From positions 2,469 to 66,468 of the forward strand of contig CAYPJE010000006.1 in the NCBI GenBank assembly GCA_964410945.1: 64,000 nt of DNA. The letters run 5' to 3'. Below are positions 59,614 to 64,000 of the stretch, one piece after another (the stretch's first letter is position 1; each line of letters begins with the position of its first letter). The translations under genes were made by a program, and so were the position numbers. This stretch comes from an uncultured bacterium (GTDB taxonomy: Bacteria > Fidelibacterota > Marinisomatia > Marinisomatales > TCS56). The notes below the pieces were generated by a model. That model saw only the letters and a program-made list of their open reading frames with translations. It had not been told where the DNA came from and ran no database searches.

Positions 59614-62540
59614 TTCAACCCGCCTGTCCGATTGCCGGCTGACAGTTTCGTTTGAATCGACCGTGCCGCCTCAACTAGACTGAAATACCACCCATTGATA
59701 TCGGCAGTGGATGAATTATCGTCAGAAATTCTAATCCTGATACTGTCCCGTTGTTCTACTGCAATATCGCCAATTATTGCTGAGGCATCCCAGACAAACG
59801 AATCGACATTGGCAATCGCTGTCCAATCGCTGGTCAATGGTGTCCATATATCATCATTATCAATACCCGGGTCGGTAGTTGTGGAATAATCCAGGTTGAC
59901 TTTATTCACTTTACCGTAGGTCAACCAGCGGATTATAATGGGTGATGATGTGGTTAAGGTTTCACCGCCGTTAGGATAAGTTATAATCAGTTCGTCGGGA
60001 GCAGATTCCATTACGCCCGTGCTGCTGATTTCAAATGTCATGTAGGATTGGATTTCGATATAATCCTCAAGGGCGAGATAGATTGACAGCGAATCACCGG
60101 AAATCGGATCAATCGGCGACCCGTTGAGATGGAAACGGGGTGTAGTATAGTGTTCACCGGCACTAGTCAATAACTTGATCTTGCCAGTGTCCATAACACT
60201 CGAACTGGTAAATTCACTGGGCTCGCCAACCAGGCGCGGATCGGTGTAATCGGTATCATAACTGATCAACTGGGGATCAGGAAGAACAATATTCAGTAAT
60301 GTGTCGATATAGGTGACGAGGGTATCCTTGACTGTATCCGAACCGCGCACAATATAGACCGGACCTTCTATACATTCGCTGAAATCGGACATAACACCGA
60401 AAATATAAATGGACGAGTCGGCTGACAACGATGGGTCCAACTTGGCGCATTCAGTAACGGCATATAAGCTATCACCACCGGACAGATCAACTCCCATAGC
60501 GGCGGCCAGACTGTCCAGGTACACTCTTTCCAGGCTGAGTGGGAAATAACTCTGGTTGGACATCAATATGGAAATTTCGCCACCAACCGGAATATGATTG
60601 ATCACCTGCGCAACCAGCTCGGCTCGCTTCAATGAAGATCTGATCGTATTGCGCAATTCATAATCCCATTCTTCCAGTGGGGATTCATTGACGGGAATGA
60701 ATGTCATGGGTGACATCAGTACCTCAAATGGTGCAATCAGCCGGTAGCTGCCTCCGATGGAGGCACCAACCACTATTGTTCCCCGTCCGTCGATCCGGGC
60801 AGCGGAACTGATCGTCATCACTTCCGGGTTGAATGATAATAGATCGACAATTGTTGATTCGCCTTCTCCCGGCGAAACAGTTGTGCTGTCCGACCATTCT
60901 GTTGCCGAGGGACTATCGTAGATCAAAGTGGTCGTTCCCAGGCGGCTCAGCCGGATTATGGTTTTAATCGTGTCAATGGCATTATCCGGACTTCCCATTG
61001 CCCCGCGAACCCGCACGATACTGGAATCACCGAATGTATTCACTCCGATCATGTCCAGATCGAGAGCTACCGGAAGCTGAATCTGATTTAGCATTTCAAA
61101 TTCGATCTTAACATCGGTAAAGGCCATACCACTGAATCCTTCCGGCATGCCCGCCATTTCCTGTTCGGTGGGCGGAAAGGTTTGGATCAGGTTGGCCTGG
61201 AGTTCGGAAAAATGTAATTCCTGAACCTGAACCCGCAAGCCCATCCGGCCGAATTCGGAACCGTCCAGTGGCAGGGAAGCTGTCTGTTCGGGAATTACGG
61301 CTGAAATATCAATCACCATTTCGGTCAGAGCACTGTCAACACTGATCGGATTCCTGAAAGTATAGCCATCGATATCATAGGTACGCGAATAAGCACTGCT
61401 GTCACGGCTTAATACGGTTTCTATCTTAACCGAATCCTCTCCCACCGGCGGAACGAAATTGCGGAAATTCATGGCAAAGTCGATGTCGAAAAGATAGGTG
61501 CTCTGAAGATCGGAAATAACAATCTCATTCACATTAAAACCGCTGGATGGATCGTCAAATACTCCGGAATATATTTCAATATCCGATGGAAACTCCAGTG
61601 AAGGCAGTTCCGGAGACAAATCATATTCTGCAACTTCAACAATCGCCTCATCCACTCCGGCAATTTTTATACGGAACGACAGGTTGACTTTTACCGAATC
61701 GCCAGCTTCGATTACCAGGGTATCCAGTACGGTTTCTTCTTCCAGTCCGAAACCAAAACTCATGCGGATTTTCGATCCCAGGCGCTTATCACCAAGTAAA
61801 GTATACTCGGAAAAGGTACTGTCTTTCTCCAGACGATCCTTTGTATGATAGGCCAGCGAATCATAGGGAGCATTTAAATCGGTAAGTAAGCTGAATTCAA
61901 TATCTTTAACAGACGTCGGCAGGCCGTTATTCAGCAGGCTGGTTAAAAATAGGCTGGAGTCGGTGTCAGTATCAGCGGAAATAACGATTGCTTCCACGGA
62001 GGTGATGAATTCAGGCAGGGCGCTGTCATCAACCTGGGGGATATCGATATCGATCTGTATAGTTGTATCAAAAGCTGATGCAATCTGATTCCAGGTAGCG
62101 GCAAAAATATATTTATCAACGGTGGCGGGGACATCAAAGGTATCCAGGTCAACGTCCATGAATTGATTATTAGGGGCAAATGGAATTTCTATGGTAACCA
62201 GGGTATCAAAGGAAAAAGACATATCCGGGGCATAAACCGGATCCTGTTGAAAATCCACATCCTGGTTCAATTCCACCTGCAGGTAGGAAGCATCGATGGA
62301 AGTATCGGGCAGGTCACCTTCAAAAATAATCTGCATACCCAGGGAATCATCGGTGGCGAAGATTTGTTCATCATCGACCATATCGGATAAAAAGTATTGC
62401 TCCTGGATCAGCGGAATTGTTAAATCCATGAACCAGGTAGGCATTTCAAAATCGGCCGGACTTTGAAAATCACAACTGAACAGGATTATCAATAATATGA
62501 CGAAAACACCCGGAAGAGTCAGTTTTCTCAGATATCTCAT
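59610..62540 (-). CDS. Large acidic lipoprotein (~976 aa) of unknown function
   Basis: Signal II with lipobox LFSC from ATG 62540; Asp/Ser-rich beta-type sequence; C-terminal ITYPNGGETL Ig-like module; stop overlaps the start of the barrel gene. Confidence 0.8.
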   Translation of the reverse strand: MRYLRKLTLPGVFVILLIILFSCDFQSPADFEMPTWFMDLTIPLIQEQYFLSDMVDDEQIFATDDSLGMQIIFEGDLPDTSIDASYLQVELNQDVDFQQDPVYAPDMSFSFDTLVTIEIPFAPNNQFMDVDLDTFDVPATVDKYIFAATWNQIASAFDTTIQIDIDIPQVDDSALPEFITSVEAIVISADTDTDSSLFLTSLLNNGLPTSVKDIEFSLLTDLNAPYDSLAYHTKDRLEKDSTFSEYTLLGDKRLGSKIRMSFGFGLEEETVLDTLVIEAGDSVKVNLSFRIKIAGVDEAIVEVAEYDLSPELPSLEFPSDIEIYSGVFDDPSSGFNVNEIVISDLQSTYLFDIDFAMNFRNFVPPVGEDSVKIETVLSRDSSAYSRTYDIDGYTFRNPISVDSALTEMVIDISAVIPEQTASLPLDGSEFGRMGLRVQVQELHFSELQANLIQTFPPTEQEMAGMPEGFSGMAFTDVKIEFEMLNQIQLPVALDLDMIGVNTFGDSSIVRVRGAMGSPDNAIDTIKTIIRLSRLGTTTLIYDSPSATEWSDSTTVSPGEGESTIVDLLSFNPEVMTISSAARIDGRGTIVVGASIGGSYRLIAPFEVLMSPMTFIPVNESPLEEWDYELRNTIRSSLKRAELVAQVINHIPVGGEISILMSNQSYFPLSLERVYLDSLAAAMGVDLSGGDSLYAVTECAKLDPSLSADSSIYIFGVMSDFSECIEGPVYIVRGSDTVKDTLVTYIDTLLNIVLPDPQLISYDTDYTDPRLVGEPSEFTSSSVMDTGKIKLLTSAGEHYTTPRFHLNGSPIDPISGDSLSIYLALEDYIEIQSYMTFEISSTGVMESAPDELIITYPNGGETLTTSSPIIIRWLTYGKVNKVNLDYSTTTDPGIDNDDIWTPLTSDWTAIANVDSFVWDASAIIGDIAVEQRDSIRIRISDDNSSTADINGWYFSLVEAARSIQTKLSAGNRTGGLK

Positions 62541-62676
62541 CCTTGAATTCCCGGTAAAATTGGGGTTTAATATATTGTTTTTATCCACCAGCCCTGGAGT
62601 TATTCTGTTAAGTTGTTCAAACGAAAGAACATAAGATTAACCACGTAAGTTTAATCATTTTTAGGCGCTATGCCAT

Positions 62677-62704
62677 AAAAAAAACTCCGCAGAATGCGGA
62701 GTTT
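62677..62704 (-). terminator. Intrinsic terminator of ahcY
   Basis: AAACTCCGCA-GAA-TGCGGAGTTT with a U-run on the minus strand. Confidence 0.85.
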
Positions 62705-62724
62705 GATTTGAATTAAAAATGACC

Positions 62725-64000
62725 CTAATAGCGATAATGATCAGACTTATAGGGGCCTTCCTTGGGAATACCCAGATAATCGGCCTGTTTATCAGATAAC
62801 CTGGTCAGAGTAACCCCCAGATGGTTGAGATGCAGGCGGGCTACTTCTTCATCCAGATATTTTGGCAAGCGGTAAACGCCGATCTCCGGCCGGTCTTTGG
62901 CCAGGGCAATCTGGGCCAGTACCTGATTGGTAAACGAATTCGACATCACAAAGCTGGGGTGCCCGGTGGCACACCCAAGATTGACCAGCCGCCCTTCCGC
63001 CAGCATGATTATCTGATGTCCGTCGCTGAAGGTATACTTGTCAACCTGCGGTTTGATTGTCTCGCGTTTGATAGTAGGATCAACATTCAACGGCTCAACC
63101 TGGATCTCGTTATCGAAATGCCCGATATTGCAGACAATGGACTGATCATTCATTTTCTTCATGTGTTCCAGGGTGATAACGTCAATATTGCCGGTAGCGG
63201 TAACAAAGATATTACCTTCCTCCAAGGCCTGTTCCACGGTTACTACCTTGTAACCTTCCATGGCAGCCTGCAGGGCACAGATCGGGTCGATTTCCGTTAC
63301 CAGAACTTTAGCCCCGTATCCCCGCATGGACTGGGCACAACCCCGCCCAACATCGCCATAACCACAGACAACCACTGTTTTTCCTGCAATCATCACATCG
63401 GTGGCCCGCTTGATGCCATCGGCCAGGGATTCACGGCAACCGTAAATATTATCAAATTTGGATTTTGTTACCGAATCATTCACATTGTAAGCCGGGAATA
63501 AGAGAGCACCTTTTTCAGCCATCTGTTCCAGACGGTGAACACCGGTAGTGGTCTCCTCTGATACACCTATAATCTCAGCAACCACTGACTGCCAATGGCC
63601 AACCTCCGAAGGAATAGCTTCACACAGATTGCTCTCCAGAGCAACCTCATCACCACTCTCCGCCTTCAGTTCCGGAAGAGCACCGGTTTCAGCAAATATT
63701 TTTTCCAGTTCAACGCCACGATGGATCATCAATGTGGCATCACCACCATCATCGACTATCAGCTGGGGGCCTTTGTTACCCGGGAATGTCAGCATCTGGC
63801 GGGTGCACCACCAGTACTCGTCCAGTGTTTCCCCCTTCCAGGCAAAGACCGGAATACCACGGGCGGCAATAGCGGCTGCGGCATGATCCTGGGTTGAGAA
63901 AATATTACAGCTGGCCCAGCGAATATCAGCACCAAGATCGTACAGCGTTTCGATCAACACAGCAGTTTCAATCGTCATATGCAGTGAACCGCTGATTCGA
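62725..64000 (-). CDS. ahcY: S-adenosylhomocysteine hydrolase, 5' end beyond the window
   Basis: [55 protein letters not shown]. Confidence 0.98.
   Translation of the reverse strand, partial: RISGSLHMTIETAVLIETLYDLGADIRWASCNIFSTQDHAAAAIAARGIPVFAWKGETLDEYWWCTRQMLTFPGNKGPQLIVDDGGDATLMIHRGVELEKIFAETGALPELKAESGDEVALESNLCEAIPSEVGHWQSVVAEIIGVSEETTTGVHRLEQMAEKGALLFPAYNVNDSVTKSKFDNIYGCRESLADGIKRATDVMIAGKTVVVCGYGDVGRGCAQSMRGYGAKVLVTEIDPICALQAAMEGYKVVTVEQALEEGNIFVTATGNIDVITLEHMKKMNDQSIVCNIGHFDNEIQVEPLNVDPTIKRETIKPQVDKYTFSDGHQIIMLAEGRLVNLGCATGHPSFVMSNSFTNQVLAQIALAKDRPEIGVYRLPKYLDEEVARLHLNHLGVTLTRLSDKQADYLGIPKEGPYKSDHYRY

Noticed and set aside
62821-63501. Long opposite-strand ORFs such as 62821-63501, 17943-18860 and 26822-27505
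   Set aside because: Antisense shadows of well-supported genes (ahcY, murE, ftsA) with no independent motifs
63978-64000. SAH riboswitch upstream of ahcY
   Set aside because: The ahcY 5' end and leader lie outside the window and cannot be assessed

Overview
Chromosomal window of a diderm bacterium. Gene order and protein types suggest the FCB superphylum, possibly Marinimicrobia-like (inference only). Part 1, ~1-13.5 kb, is an AT-richer accessory/signalling region. It holds a partial SLC13/DASS transporter, a DUF1761 protein, four small SpoIIAA-like paralogues, MarC, a PAS protein and two tandem-duplicated hybrid histidine kinases. It also holds an unexplained non-coding zone (11.1-13.5 kb) with four conserved-stem/variable-loop hairpins, a GC-rich structured block and two same-orientation TGT-terminated transposon-end-like sequences. 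Part 2, 13.6-64 kb, is mostly core genome: the dcw cluster (mraZ to ftsZ), rpmB, dusB, pruA, an arginine-synthetase-like P-loop protein beside carbamate kinase, sucCD, ndk, and the yceD-rpmF-plsX-fab-acpP-rnc cluster. It continues with sugar-phosphate/isoprenoid genes, a murQ operon carrying an alkaline-phosphatase homologue whose His ligands appear replaced, prmA, an LptF/G permease, a beta-barrel plus ~976-aa lipoprotein pair and a partial ahcY. No CRISPR array, rRNA, tRNA, integrase or transposase gene was seen. All family assignments come from motif recognition by eye; no database searches or folding programs were run.
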